A stretch of DNA of 31,234 bases, taken from positions 1 to 31,234 of IMG/VR virus record IMGVR_UViG_3300044522_000356, one strand, 5' to 3'. The notes beneath the pieces are model-generated. The model saw only the letters and a list, made by a program, of their open reading frames with translations. It searched no databases and had not been told where the DNA came from. The DNA is from a virus (Duplodnaviria; Caudoviricetes). Below, one piece after another: positions 7,119 to 17,502 of this stretch (its first letter is position 1; each line of letters opens with the position of its first letter). The position numbers and the translations under genes are program-made.

Positions 7119-10100
7119 TTATGTACTAATTTTGAATAAAAAAGACTGTACTGGACCACTTGTATAGGTACCCGTACCGCTTGTAGTATTAACAATTGCT
7201 GCATATAATATGGCATTATTTACTTGATATACTCCTTGATTTACAAAACCAGTAAAATAACCACTAGTAGCACCAACTAATATTTCTATATTACCATTTC
7301 CTGGGGGTGCTACTGCGCTAGCGCTGCCTGGATACCATACACTACCATAGCTTCCTGCTTGTAGTAAAACCCTAACATAAGTTCCTGCAGTTATTGGTCC
7401 ACTAAAAGTTATAAGTGCTTCTACAGTTTCTCCGGGGAAATATTCCGACGATGAAGGAGCTATAGACAATATGGTAGGTACAGCAGTGGGTGCTGGTTCT
7501 GCCAATATATTAAACGCGCTGGAATTCAATGTTCCGTCAGGATTACTAAATCTGGCTACGACACCAGAGGTTTGTGCCTGAGCACTACCTTGAGGTACTC
7601 CAGTTATTGTCATGCTTTGAGTAAAAGAATTGGAGTTAATAGTAAAACTTGTGGGAGATATTGTAGCCCTACTGGTTGCTGGAAATAGTGATGCAGTTGT
7701 AACTTTACCACTAGCATTTGTAGCATTAAAACTAAAACTCATACTACTGTTATATCCCAGACTACTTGACATGCCTGTTATTGTGTAACTAGGTTGGGGG
7801 ATAGTATTTACAACACTTACACTTGCAGTAGCTACAATCGTACCTGTAGCACTTCCTGTTCTAAGTTGTAGCTGAACAGTAGTAGTTGCAGAAAATTCTT
7901 GTACCCCCCAATTTACCTGTGTAGAAAAACTATTACTAGTAACAAATACTTGTGATACTCCTGGAGTAACTAAAGCATTATTCGTAGTTAAATAAAGCGT
8001 TTGTCCAGTATAATTAGTTGCAGAAACAGTTCCTAAATAATTTGCTTGTACATAAGGATTTTCAGCATCATTCCAACTACTAAGATTTGGCGTAATACTA
8101 AAAGTAGGTGTAGGGGACAAACTAGTGTCGTAAATAAAGATAGGTTCGCTGTAGTAAGTAGTTCCGTCTACAGTTGCTGACAGTCTAAAATATTCTCCAC
8201 CTTCGGTTGTGGCATCTGCTACAGTAGCATAATTTACTGTTACTGTGCCGGCAGCATTTGAACTTCCAACAGTATAGGTTGTAGTAGAAATAGTTACGTC
8301 AGTACCTAGTGTTGCACCAGTATAGCCTGCTGGTGGAGCTGCTAAGGCAAATGTAATAGTCTTGTTAGCAGCATTACTAAAGTTAAATACGTTTGACCCG
8401 CTCTGTCCTTCGTTTAGCCAAGCTACAGCACTAAAACTATAGGAAGCTGCTGTATTCGTAACTGTAATAACTTTAGAAGCTAAAATAGTTCCGGCTGCGC
8501 TACCAGTTCTAACATATATAGTTACACTAGTATTTGTAGTTACTATGCCTGTAGTATAATTTATATTTGCGGAATAACTTGCACTGTTAGGGGTAACGGT
8601 ACTAACTGAAGGGGTTACTAGTGCATTACTACTAGTTAAGTATAGTGTTACTCCATTAGCGTTTGTTGCTCCTATGGTAACACTAATAGTGCTAGACTCT
8701 GCCCAACTGTCTGCCACAGTAATTGATGCAGCAGGAGGACTAACACTACTATCATTAATAGTAATGTTATCGCTAGGGGGTATAGTACTACCAGTAACTG
8801 TTGCGGAAATTCTAAAAGCTTGTGCCCCTTCTGTACTAGAATCTGCTACTGTAGAAAAGCTAACTGAAGTACTTCCGGAGGCGTTAGTATTACCAACCGT
8901 AAAGCTTGTAGTAGTTAAAGTTACGTCTGCTGGAGTATCAGCTGTAGCTCCTGTTGAAGGAGCAATTATTGCAAACGTAATAGTTTTATTTGCAGCATAA
9001 CTATAATTAAAAGTAATAGAGCCTGTAGCACCTTCACCAAGTGCAGAAACTCCACCAAAACTATAGGTTTCGCCAACGTTTGTTATAGTAACGGTTCTTT
9101 GGGCAACAATTCTCCCTGTAGCACTACCGGTTCTTACGTATAGTTCTACTGCTGTATTAGATGTAACTATTCCAGCAGTATAAGATACAGTAGTAGAAAA
9201 TCCTGTAGGATTTAAGGGACCTGCAGCACTATCTACATAAACACTACTTACACTTGGAGTAACTAAAGAATTACTTGTAGTAAGGTATAATGTTCCGCCA
9301 ATAGGACCAGTAGAGGTAATAGTTACATTATTACTACTTGACTCTTGCCAGGTAGCACCTGCTGTTATAGTAGTTGTAGAGGTATCATTTACAGTAATAT
9401 CATTACTAGTAGCTACTGTAAGTCCGTCTACTGTAGCAGCTAATCTAAAAGTTTCTGCACCTTCTGTGTAATAGTCTCCTGCTGCAGTATATGATACTGC
9501 AATAGAAGATTGTGCATTAGAAGGAACGGTCCAAGTACCTGTATTAAGTGTGCCGTCAAGACCATCTACCGTATTACCGCTTACAGGTGCTATAATAACA
9601 AATGTTACTACTTTACCGTTTGCATTAGTAGCATTAAAAGTTGTAGAGCCAGAAACCCCTTCGTTAATAGAGCTGACAGTTGAAAAATTGTAGACTGGCG
9701 TAGGTGTTGAAGTATCTAATACATTAACTGTTACACTTAAAGAAGTATTAGTTATTGATAATGTAAATACTTCTGTACCTTCTAACAGTAAATCATTAGC
9801 AAAAGTGAAATTTGCAGTAGCATTATTATTTTGAATAATAAGATTGCCTGTTAAATTTCCTGCACTTAAATCTGCAGCTGCTATACCTGTAACAACATAT
9901 CCAAAAGTAGACCCGTTTGCTACATTTACTGTAGTTAATGTTACGGTAACATTGGTCCCTTCATTTGCATTTTGAACACTAGATGTTAATAGATACTGTG
10001 GATTTGTACCAGTACCAGTACCAGTACCTGGTGCAGCATATAAGTCTGCATCAGCAACAATAATTCCTAGTCCGCTTCGATTTCCACTATTGTAGATTGT

Positions 10101-10811
10101 TTGAGTATAAGGCCACGCAGTATCTTCACTAGAATAGTAAGACTGTACTTCTTTTGTTATTACATTACTGCCTTCTCGTTTAAACATAGCCTCGTATACA
10201 AATTGTAAATGATGTGCTGGCGCATCCTTATATACCCTTAGCGAAGTATAGTTAGGTAACATAAATATAGGATTAGTTGGTATACTTAAACTAATAGGCG
10301 TACCTAAACCTTGAGCACCTGTAGGGTCATTCCAAAAAGTAAAACTATCGCTTATATAATAAGGAGCTAATTGTACGTTATTGCTATCATAAGTTTTTGC
10401 TCCTGCCGAATTAAATAATTGAAGTCCATATCCGGAAGTTGCCGGCAAACTACTAACTGCAAACACATATGCAGTAGGGAGTGTATATGTTAGGGCATTG
10501 CCTAATGAGTTTGCATAAACATATAACGTTAAAAAGCCGCTACCATTAACTGTTGAGCTTTCAAAATTATACCAAACGTCTGCTGTACTGTTAGGTAAAG
10601 TCCACATAACTATATAATTACCTGCAGTAGTTATACTTGTAGTTCTATACTCACGTTTTACATATCCGCTATGTAAAAAACTAGTACCGGCTTCTTCCGA
10701 TACAGCACTACTAATAAATTCTAGTTTTTGTGTAAATGTAGGAGAAAAATATTCGCTATCTATTAAAAGCTCAGATTCGTCATTGATTGCTCGTAGACCG
10801 TAGGTTGCCAT
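7119..10811 (-). CDS. Tail tip / receptor-binding protein with a Calx-beta/Ig-like repeat array (1230 aa)
   Basis: N-terminal YGLRAINDESELLIDSE and YGLQLFNSAGAKTYDS motifs resemble small tip proteins found downstream of J. GTGTGTGT linker, then ~100-aa repeats with NEG..D..EGxExFRL and VRTGSATG motifs. Confidence 0.75.
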   Translation of the reverse strand: MATYGLRAINDESELLIDSEYFSPTFTQKLEFISSAVSEEAGTSFLHSGYVKREYRTTSITTAGNYIVMWTLPNSTADVWYNFESSTVNGSGFLTLYVYANSLGNALTYTLPTAYVFAVSSLPATSGYGLQLFNSAGAKTYDSNNVQLAPYYISDSFTFWNDPTGAQGLGTPISLSIPTNPIFMLPNYTSLRVYKDAPAHHLQFVYEAMFKREGSNVITKEVQSYYSSEDTAWPYTQTIYNSGNRSGLGIIVADADLYAAPGTGTGTGTNPQYLLTSSVQNANEGTNVTVTLTTVNVANGSTFGYVVTGIAAADLSAGNLTGNLIIQNNNATANFTFANDLLLEGTEVFTLSITNTSLSVTVNVLDTSTPTPVYNFSTVSSINEGVSGSTTFNATNANGKVVTFVIIAPVSGNTVDGLDGTLNTGTWTVPSNAQSSIAVSYTAAGDYYTEGAETFRLAATVDGLTVATSNDITVNDTSTTTITAGATWQESSSNNVTITSTGPIGGTLYLTTSNSLVTPSVSSVYVDSAAGPLNPTGFSTTVSYTAGIVTSNTAVELYVRTGSATGRIVAQRTVTITNVGETYSFGGVSALGEGATGSITFNYSYAANKTITFAIIAPSTGATADTPADVTLTTTSFTVGNTNASGSTSVSFSTVADSSTEGAQAFRISATVTGSTIPPSDNITINDSSVSPPAASITVADSWAESSTISVTIGATNANGVTLYLTSSNALVTPSVSTVTPNSASYSANINYTTGIVTTNTSVTIYVRTGSAAGTILASKVITVTNTAASYSFSAVAWLNEGQSGSNVFNFSNAANKTITFALAAPPAGYTGATLGTDVTISTTTYTVGSSNAAGTVTVNYATVADATTEGGEYFRLSATVDGTTYYSEPIFIYDTSLSPTPTFSITPNLSSWNDAENPYVQANYLGTVSATNYTGQTLYLTTNNALVTPGVSQVFVTSNSFSTQVNWGVQEFSATTTVQLQLRTGSATGTIVATASVSVVNTIPQPSYTITGMSSSLGYNSSMSFSFNATNASGKVTTASLFPATSRATISPTSFTINSNSFTQSMTITGVPQGSAQAQTSGVVARFSNPDGTLNSSAFNILAEPAPTAVPTILSIAPSSSEYFPGETVEALITFSGPITAGTYVRVLLQAGSYGSVWYPGSASAVAPPGNGNIEILVGATSGYFTGFVNQGVYQVNNAILYAAIVNTTSGTGTYTSGPVQSFLFKIST

Positions 10812-10819
10812 ATTTACCT

Positions 10820-11134
10820 TTATTTAACAAAAATATATAGTACAGTAGAATCGTAATAAAATTGAGGAATACCTGCAGCTATATAATCATTTTCGATAAA
10901 AGTTATAGTTGGTACGCCACTTGGGTAACTTACTGACCAGCTATGTGCTCCCGGCAATAGTTGCATAGGTCTAATAGTTCTTCCAGTATATTTTGGAAAA
11001 GACACGGGAGGTTTGCTACCTGCCGTGCCTGTTTTCATATATTGATACATTTCTCCAAAAACCCCACTTTTAGTAGAGTTTTGTAAAACTATAGTAGTTC
11101 CGTCGCTTTTAAAAGTTTGTATTCCGTATGCCAT
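10820..11134 (-). CDS. Small tail tip protein following J (104 aa)
   Basis: MAYGIQTFKSDG start typical of small post-J genes in T1/phi80-like tails. TAATG overlap with the upstream gene. Confidence 0.7.
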   Translation of the reverse strand: MAYGIQTFKSDGTTIVLQNSTKSGVFGEMYQYMKTGTAGSKPPVSFPKYTGRTIRPMQLLPGAHSWSVSYPSGVPTITFIENDYIAAGIPQFYYDSTVLYIFVK

Positions 11135-13920
11135 TATAATAAACCTAATTTAACTCTAGGTACTCCGCCACTGTATACAATAATATTATTTGGAGTAATT
11201 AAAATACCATCTCCGTTAGCGTTGGCAGTACTACCTACTTTAATTGTACCAGTTACTGTTAAACTACCAGTATTGGTTTGAATTGCTTCAAGCGTACCAG
11301 CCTTAAAGTAACTTATATAAGGAATACTCCAGGTAGTAGTAGTACTACCTCCTGCAGGGGTTACCCCATCTGTTTGAAATTGTGCGTTGCCAGAATTATC
11401 AGCTATTGAAACTGGTGAAAGTGACCATACTTCAGGACTGCCATCACGAGCAGTTGGTGCTGCTCCATTTGCTGTCTGAGTTGGGGCGGTAACAAACGTA
11501 GTAGCGGCGGGAAAAGACTTATACGCTCTATGAGTAGATGCACCCGAAGATCCAGGAACAGTAGAGTTTTGACCCGCCCTAGACTTACTAAAAGTTTGTG
11601 TTTGTGTAGTAGCAAAGGACACTCCGGTGGAACTTTTACCAGTTATAGTATATGTAATTGCAGAACTATCTGCACCTGCAAGTACTCCACTATGTTGACC
11701 TATAGTTGCAAATGTACCACTATCACTAATACTGCCTACAACTATATTATTAGGTGTACCAGTACTAAAAGTCCACGTACCGTTTGAAGTACCTACTCCG
11801 TCATACGAAAGTTCGTTAGCACCTTCATATACACGTAGTTGAGTACCGCTATTTGTATATGAGGTAACATTACCGTCTTTATCTGCTGGAAACGGATGAA
11901 ACCCGTTACTAAGAACTGGGTTTATTGCTGAGTTACCTGTCTCACCATGTGTTCCGATAATTCGTTTAGCAGTGCTAGTAGTACTGCTATTGGTGTATGT
12001 AACAGTTTCGTAGTTCCATAGATATTTATTGGTTATGGTGGTAACAGGTGGAGTAGTTACCCATACAGTTGGTTCCACAGTATTACTACTACTCACTGCA
12101 AAATACTCAACAACAGAACTAATACCTACACCATCTGCAGAAAACGTTCCAATTATTGCAGCAACTGAGTTTGTTGGCGACCCAGAGCTATATCCTATAG
12201 CTTCATAGTTCCATAAATATTTTAGTGTAGCGGTTGTGGTTGCTAAAGTTGTTGTCCACCCAGCTGTAGCTGCAGTAACACCAGATGCACTAGCAGAAGC
12301 TAGATAATAATTGGTAACTGAAGTAACACTAATACCTGGAGCACCTTTATATACAATAGTAACAAACTGTGTGTCTAGTAGTGTTGCTCCGCTAACAGTT
12401 GCTTGATTATACATTCTTGCCGTGTAACTAGATTTTCCAGAAGTACTTGCGGGAGTTAGTGTAATAACAGCACTTGCTGTATCTGTTGCAGTTGTAGCTT
12501 GGGCATCACCATTTGCAGTAACAGTTATCCATCCATAGTTAGACGTAACATTACCATCATATTTTCTGCCTTGAAAAGTAATAGATGAGTATGTACCAGT
12601 AGTAGCAGCATCTGGCGCATCTTTAACAATTACAGGAGTATTTGTTACTATATCATATACTAAAGATGATGCCCCTACTACTCCATCTAAAGATTTATTA
12701 ACATTAAATCTTTTAGTAATACTTGTGTAACCAGCCTTGCTGGCAGTAATATCTATATAACCGGATATAGCAGATAAAGCTGTTACGGTTTGAGTACGAT
12801 TAACGGGGGTACCACTAGCTGTAGAATTAATATTTGATTTTACAGCTGAAAATGTCCAATTAGCACTATCATCTGTGGCGCCAATAAACACACTCATAGT
12901 AGTTTCTGCGCCTGCAAAACTAGCTACTACACCTGCACTATTTGCAGGAACAGTTGCAGTTTCGTTACTTAGTACGGCAGTAACAGTATCTGTGCCGTCA
13001 AAAACTACAGGTATAAATTGTTCATCAATCTTACTAGCTGTCCCGCCTGCTAAATAAAGCTCTACTTTTAGACTTGTAATATTTGATGAACTTGGAGTAT
13101 AAGTATAACTTGATTGATCTGATGCAGAAGTATAGCTTGCTGTAGCACTACCATTTTCATATATTTTAAATCTACCGGCATAAAGAGCAGGAGTTGTTGT
13201 ACCTACTGCAAAATATCCGTATACAACGATACTTGCTGGATTTAAAACACCTAATTTACTTTTTTGAATAGCTGCTGCTGAAACAACTAAACCGTACGCG
13301 GTTGCATTTTGTCCATCATTAACAACTGCCATAACAATTGTTTTCTCAAGGGGCGTAGATATTCCTGTACCTGTTACGCTTAGTTTAACAGTTACAGAAG
13401 TAGTTGACAATGTAGCTGGTTTTACGCTTATAGAAGCAGTACCAGTAGCTGTAGTTGAAACGCCATCAAGCAGCGTTCCATTGGTAATTGTCCAAGTATA
13501 CGCTGGGCTAGCAATGCCGTTTAGTACTGCCGTTAAAGCAACAGAAGTTGGAGTAAATGCAGTACCTGCACTATTTTTTACAAAAGCACTATATCCTGAG
13601 ATATCAATTGATTGTGCAGATGCTGCGGTTGGGGTAGCAGTTAGTTGACTAGAAATAGTAAATACTTCTTGTTCGATATCACTAATAAAAGCGTATCTTA
13701 CATAATAAGGCGTACCTGCTGTTAGGTTTGGAATAACAATAGACAAACTTAATCCGTCAAATACTTTATTAGCATTTGACGGAACAAAGTTAATAGTAGT
13801 ACTGCACCATACAATTACTTTTACTAGATCATCCCTTATGTCAGAAGTTCTAATCGTGTCGTATGGTGTGTCTAATTTTAATATTAAGGAATTAACACCT
13901 GCAGATAAAGTTGCTGCCAT
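11134..13920 (-). CDS. Central tail fibre, J C-terminal-like moiety with repeats (928 aa)
   Basis: FN3-like start (NLTAGTPYYVRYAF), two KYLWNYE repeats and two LSN..PA..G repeats. J-like terminus GILITPNNIIVYSGGVPRVKLGLL. AAGGA RBS. Confidence 0.75.
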   Translation of the reverse strand: MAATLSAGVNSLILKLDTPYDTIRTSDIRDDLVKVIVWCSTTINFVPSNANKVFDGLSLSIVIPNLTAGTPYYVRYAFISDIEQEVFTISSQLTATPTAASAQSIDISGYSAFVKNSAGTAFTPTSVALTAVLNGIASPAYTWTITNGTLLDGVSTTATGTASISVKPATLSTTSVTVKLSVTGTGISTPLEKTIVMAVVNDGQNATAYGLVVSAAAIQKSKLGVLNPASIVVYGYFAVGTTTPALYAGRFKIYENGSATASYTSASDQSSYTYTPSSSNITSLKVELYLAGGTASKIDEQFIPVVFDGTDTVTAVLSNETATVPANSAGVVASFAGAETTMSVFIGATDDSANWTFSAVKSNINSTASGTPVNRTQTVTALSAISGYIDITASKAGYTSITKRFNVNKSLDGVVGASSLVYDIVTNTPVIVKDAPDAATTGTYSSITFQGRKYDGNVTSNYGWITVTANGDAQATTATDTASAVITLTPASTSGKSSYTARMYNQATVSGATLLDTQFVTIVYKGAPGISVTSVTNYYLASASASGVTAATAGWTTTLATTTATLKYLWNYEAIGYSSGSPTNSVAAIIGTFSADGVGISSVVEYFAVSSSNTVEPTVWVTTPPVTTITNKYLWNYETVTYTNSSTTSTAKRIIGTHGETGNSAINPVLSNGFHPFPADKDGNVTSYTNSGTQLRVYEGANELSYDGVGTSNGTWTFSTGTPNNIVVGSISDSGTFATIGQHSGVLAGADSSAITYTITGKSSTGVSFATTQTQTFSKSRAGQNSTVPGSSGASTHRAYKSFPAATTFVTAPTQTANGAAPTARDGSPEVWSLSPVSIADNSGNAQFQTDGVTPAGGSTTTTWSIPYISYFKAGTLEAIQTNTGSLTVTGTIKVGSTANANGDGILITPNNIIVYSGGVPRVKLGLL

Positions 13921-13929
13921 ATTTATCCT

Positions 13930-16900
13930 TTAAACAATTGTTTTAATTAGTATAGACGCCAACGCACTAGTGCTACTATAGTTGTCGTGAATATCTACAG
14001 TTCTGCAGGCTACTCGGTAGTTTATTCCTGCTTCTGATAATCGTGGGGTCGTAAAATCTAATAAACTCTGTCGAGTTGCACCAGTTGACGTTACTACTTT
14101 TATTTGATTTGTATTATCTGGAATTAAATCCCAGAAATCTGTTGTACCACTGTCTCTATATACTCTGTACTCATAGTGCTTAAATAAAGCAGTATTAATG
14201 GGAGTATTAGATATGGCGCTTATATCTAAGAAGTGAGTATTAAGATCAAGGTATATACTATCGACAGTTGAATAAGTTCTAAAAGTACCTACTGTGTGAG
14301 TAAACTCAGTAGACCAGGGGCCTGTTCTGCCATCTGTTGTTACGTATCTTACTTTTATTTTATATACTTGACCTTTTTCTACTCCAGATATGTAGATGGA
14401 ACCAGAGTTATATTTTTCTTTAAAAGTAGTAGCATTTATAAGTGTACTAGTACTCTGCAAGTAATAACTGCATTCAATCATTTCTGTACCTTTAGGTAGT
14501 TCTTGAGGATTAGTATAACTTATTTTTATTCTTTGTTCGTAGATACCAGTAGAAAGTAATTTAGCGGCAGACTCGTCACTTACAATTAAACTAATGTTAG
14601 GTACGTCTGTAGAAGTAAAACTATTACGTAGTTCTGTACCAGGTAAAGTAATTTTTGTTTCAAAAACTGTACTTGCTGTTAGAGTCGTATAATCAGTAAA
14701 AATGTTGTAAGAGCTACTAACTCCATAATCAACTAAAGTGATTGATGCAGATTTATTTGAGCTAGGTTCAATACTTAATACAAGTAAATCTTGTGACTCT
14801 TGTCCTAGTTCCCCAAACATAAACAGATCACTACTATTTATCTGTACAGAAGTTGCTGCTACTAGTATTTTAACACTAGTATAGTAACCTGAAGATAATG
14901 CGGTTTTATCTATTTCTCTCTCAACACTAGCTCCCGCTGACGATCTTACTCTAATAGTATAGCGTTTAGAAATATCAATATATACTTGCTCGTCTAGAAT
15001 AAATTCGGTGGCGCTTATGCGATTTTTAATTCTGCCAGTTCCGCCACCCCACATAGGTACGTCATGACTTACTTTTACACGATCTCCACGATTACAAACC
15101 AAATATTCAATATCTGTATTTAATCTGTATGCTTCTGGACGCAATTTTGCTTGCGCAAAATGCCAACGAGCATGGTCAATTACTAATGATTTTTTTGTAA
15201 CTCCAGGTAATTGAATACTTTCAAATAATTCAGCATTACTTTCAGATTTTCCTGCATTATATACAATAACTTCTGCTTGTTGATAATCTTGATCTTCGTC
15301 AATATAAGTTACTTTTAAACCATCTGGCATTTTAACTAATGCTTTTGATGATTCAAATCCCCAACTATTATGTGGAGTAAAGTGTTGTACAATATTGGGC
15401 TTAGGTTCGTCAATTACTACTGACCACTTACCGTCTACCATAGCAGGGCTTGCTCTACCAGCAGCACAAATATCTCGCAATACTTCTAATATGCTACGTT
15501 GTGAAGCTAATATACTGTTATAAGTAAAACCTTTTGTAGTGCAATAACTATGCCAGTATTGTATTTGTGTTAAATCTACTTTAGTACTAACGTCTACATC
15601 TTTTACTCTTTGAGGATTAGCGGGATGTTTTAGAATAAATAAAAATAAATCTGCAGGGTTATTAGTTGTGTTCGTTATCCATGCGCTACCGTTCCATGAA
15701 GGTGCCCATGTTTGCACAACGGCATTAATACCTTCAATTTGTCCATTAAGCTGGTCATTTGCTTTAATTTTTAAAGCAGTTCCTGCAAGACTACAATTAA
15801 CTGGTTCCTTAATAGGAAACATATTACGTAAAAAAGTAGTTTGTAATAATATTACCTGTGCATAGATCTGAGCTTTAGCATAGCCGTTAGCTGCTTTTGT
15901 CCACTCAGCATCAGCACCAGTTTTTCTGCGAACTCTAACTTGAACTTCGTTATAGGAGTTTAATCCATAATAAGTTTTATTTACTGTAAATGCGTCTTTT
16001 TTAACTGTACCATCTCCAAGTCCAAAATCTTGCCAAGTTGTCCAAGGCCCGGCCCCGTCTTTTACTTGAATCTCAATAGCTACAAAAACAGATTCTTCTT
16101 TTCCAGATTCTTTGCCCTCTGCAAAAATTCTACGCAAACCTTGTGGAAGATGTAATGAAACAGTAAATTGACTAACTGGCACTACGGCCCCACTAGTATT
16201 AGTAGTTGGCGGACCACTGCTTGCAGTTATAAAGGGACCGTACGTACCTTCTGTTAGTACTGCATTATACTGGCCTGGACAAGTTAAAGTAAGCCCGCTG
16301 GCAACTACTTTTACGTCTTGACCGTAGATGGCATTAAAATCTAGTATTTGCTGTGCAGTAGGAGCAGTTTTTCTATCTAAAGTTACTGGGGGTACTGGTA
16401 GTATATAATCTGTTAATGCAACGTTACCAATTTTTAAAGTTGCGGCATCAATGTTAAGGGGGCCGTACCCCCAAAGTAACAACATTGACAGGTAACTTTC
16501 AGTGTCATTTTCATAAGTAAGATAGTTAACGGCGCCAAGTGGTGGAGTATATTTAATTTTACCTAAAACTACTGGGATAGCGTCATATGGATGTATTTGG
16601 TTAGCGCCGCCCGTAACCATGTACTGCTGAATAGTAGATCCAGGACTATTAATATCAGGAGGACGAATAGGTGCAATAGCATTAATTAATGCTCCGCCTG
16701 CAATTGTAAAAGCAATAGTAGTAGCAGCATTAGCTACTAACATAGAAGTAGTTACAGCCGCTCCGCCAGCAGCCGCGGTTGCAGCAGCAGCCGTATACCC
16801 CGTCACTTGTCCTGCTAAATATGGCGCAACATATGCTACTATTAAAGTAAGTATTAATCTTCCTGTATTGCCTTTTCCAGGTACTGCACGATATTCAACA

Positions 16901-17502
16901 CGATCTGTGTCTTTTAAAGCAGTAGTATGCCACTTTGTTGGATCTGCTACAACACCGTTAACCAGAATAGTAATTTTGCTTGCTAGTTCATCAGCAATCT
17001 TATATTCAAATTTAACCCAGGAGGCTAGCTTATCTAAAGTTGTTCCTGGTAAAATAGGTACGGTAAAACGCTCAGTACGTAGTGGATGTGGCACTACGTT
17101 TAAAATTGCACTTTTGTTTTCACTGTACTTATAAAATCCTGTAATACGGTTCTTCCAACCCACAGACTCAAAAGATTCTATTGCGCTATCGCGACGATCA
17201 CGCGCATGCAAAAAATGAGTACTGCTAACAGCAATACCCATATGTGATTCTACACCTAAAATATTAAATAGTACAATGCAACCTTCTGTTGGAGTATCTA
17301 TTTTTTCCCAGCCTTCTTTGTACTGGGCGAGCAAATCACGCATCTGCTCAGCGTCGTCAGCTTCGTAATTAGTACTAAAATTAGGTAGATCTATATTATA
17401 TTCTTGCTTATAAACAAGACGAACTAATCCCCAGCAATCAATGCCGTTTGTATCTCTGCCCTTATCTAGGAAAGGTATCCCTATATACTTATTATTCCAC
17501 AT
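13930..17502 (-). CDS. Tail tip hub: NlpC/P60 (gpK-like) + gpI-like + gpJ-like fusion (1190 aa)
   Basis: GIDCWGLVRLVY and HMGI..FLHA NlpC/P60 motifs; ubiquitin-like ILVNG..LKDTDRVEY..PG; hydrophobic stretch; IPVVLG, QLNGQIEGINAV and TNNPA hub motifs; C-terminal FN3. Confidence 0.85.
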   Translation of the reverse strand: MWNNKYIGIPFLDKGRDTNGIDCWGLVRLVYKQEYNIDLPNFSTNYEADDAEQMRDLLAQYKEGWEKIDTPTEGCIVLFNILGVESHMGIAVSSTHFLHARDRRDSAIESFESVGWKNRITGFYKYSENKSAILNVVPHPLRTERFTVPILPGTTLDKLASWVKFEYKIADELASKITILVNGVVADPTKWHTTALKDTDRVEYRAVPGKGNTGRLILTLIVAYVAPYLAGQVTGYTAAAATAAAGGAAVTTSMLVANAATTIAFTIAGGALINAIAPIRPPDINSPGSTIQQYMVTGGANQIHPYDAIPVVLGKIKYTPPLGAVNYLTYENDTESYLSMLLLWGYGPLNIDAATLKIGNVALTDYILPVPPVTLDRKTAPTAQQILDFNAIYGQDVKVVASGLTLTCPGQYNAVLTEGTYGPFITASSGPPTTNTSGAVVPVSQFTVSLHLPQGLRRIFAEGKESGKEESVFVAIEIQVKDGAGPWTTWQDFGLGDGTVKKDAFTVNKTYYGLNSYNEVQVRVRRKTGADAEWTKAANGYAKAQIYAQVILLQTTFLRNMFPIKEPVNCSLAGTALKIKANDQLNGQIEGINAVVQTWAPSWNGSAWITNTTNNPADLFLFILKHPANPQRVKDVDVSTKVDLTQIQYWHSYCTTKGFTYNSILASQRSILEVLRDICAAGRASPAMVDGKWSVVIDEPKPNIVQHFTPHNSWGFESSKALVKMPDGLKVTYIDEDQDYQQAEVIVYNAGKSESNAELFESIQLPGVTKKSLVIDHARWHFAQAKLRPEAYRLNTDIEYLVCNRGDRVKVSHDVPMWGGGTGRIKNRISATEFILDEQVYIDISKRYTIRVRSSAGASVEREIDKTALSSGYYTSVKILVAATSVQINSSDLFMFGELGQESQDLLVLSIEPSSNKSASITLVDYGVSSSYNIFTDYTTLTASTVFETKITLPGTELRNSFTSTDVPNISLIVSDESAAKLLSTGIYEQRIKISYTNPQELPKGTEMIECSYYLQSTSTLINATTFKEKYNSGSIYISGVEKGQVYKIKVRYVTTDGRTGPWSTEFTHTVGTFRTYSTVDSIYLDLNTHFLDISAISNTPINTALFKHYEYRVYRDSGTTDFWDLIPDNTNQIKVVTSTGATRQSLLDFTTPRLSEAGINYRVACRTVDIHDNYSSTSALASILIKTIV

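Noticed and set aside
6938-7216. 92-aa minus-strand ORF
   Set aside because: Overlaps a real gene end, a terminator and a promoter; no RBS.
13918-13932. Stop-codon readthrough or genetic recoding at in-frame junctions
   Set aside because: The stops are TAA overlapping an AAGG SD, similar junctions at 10820 and 5693 are out of frame, and long genes read intact in the standard code.
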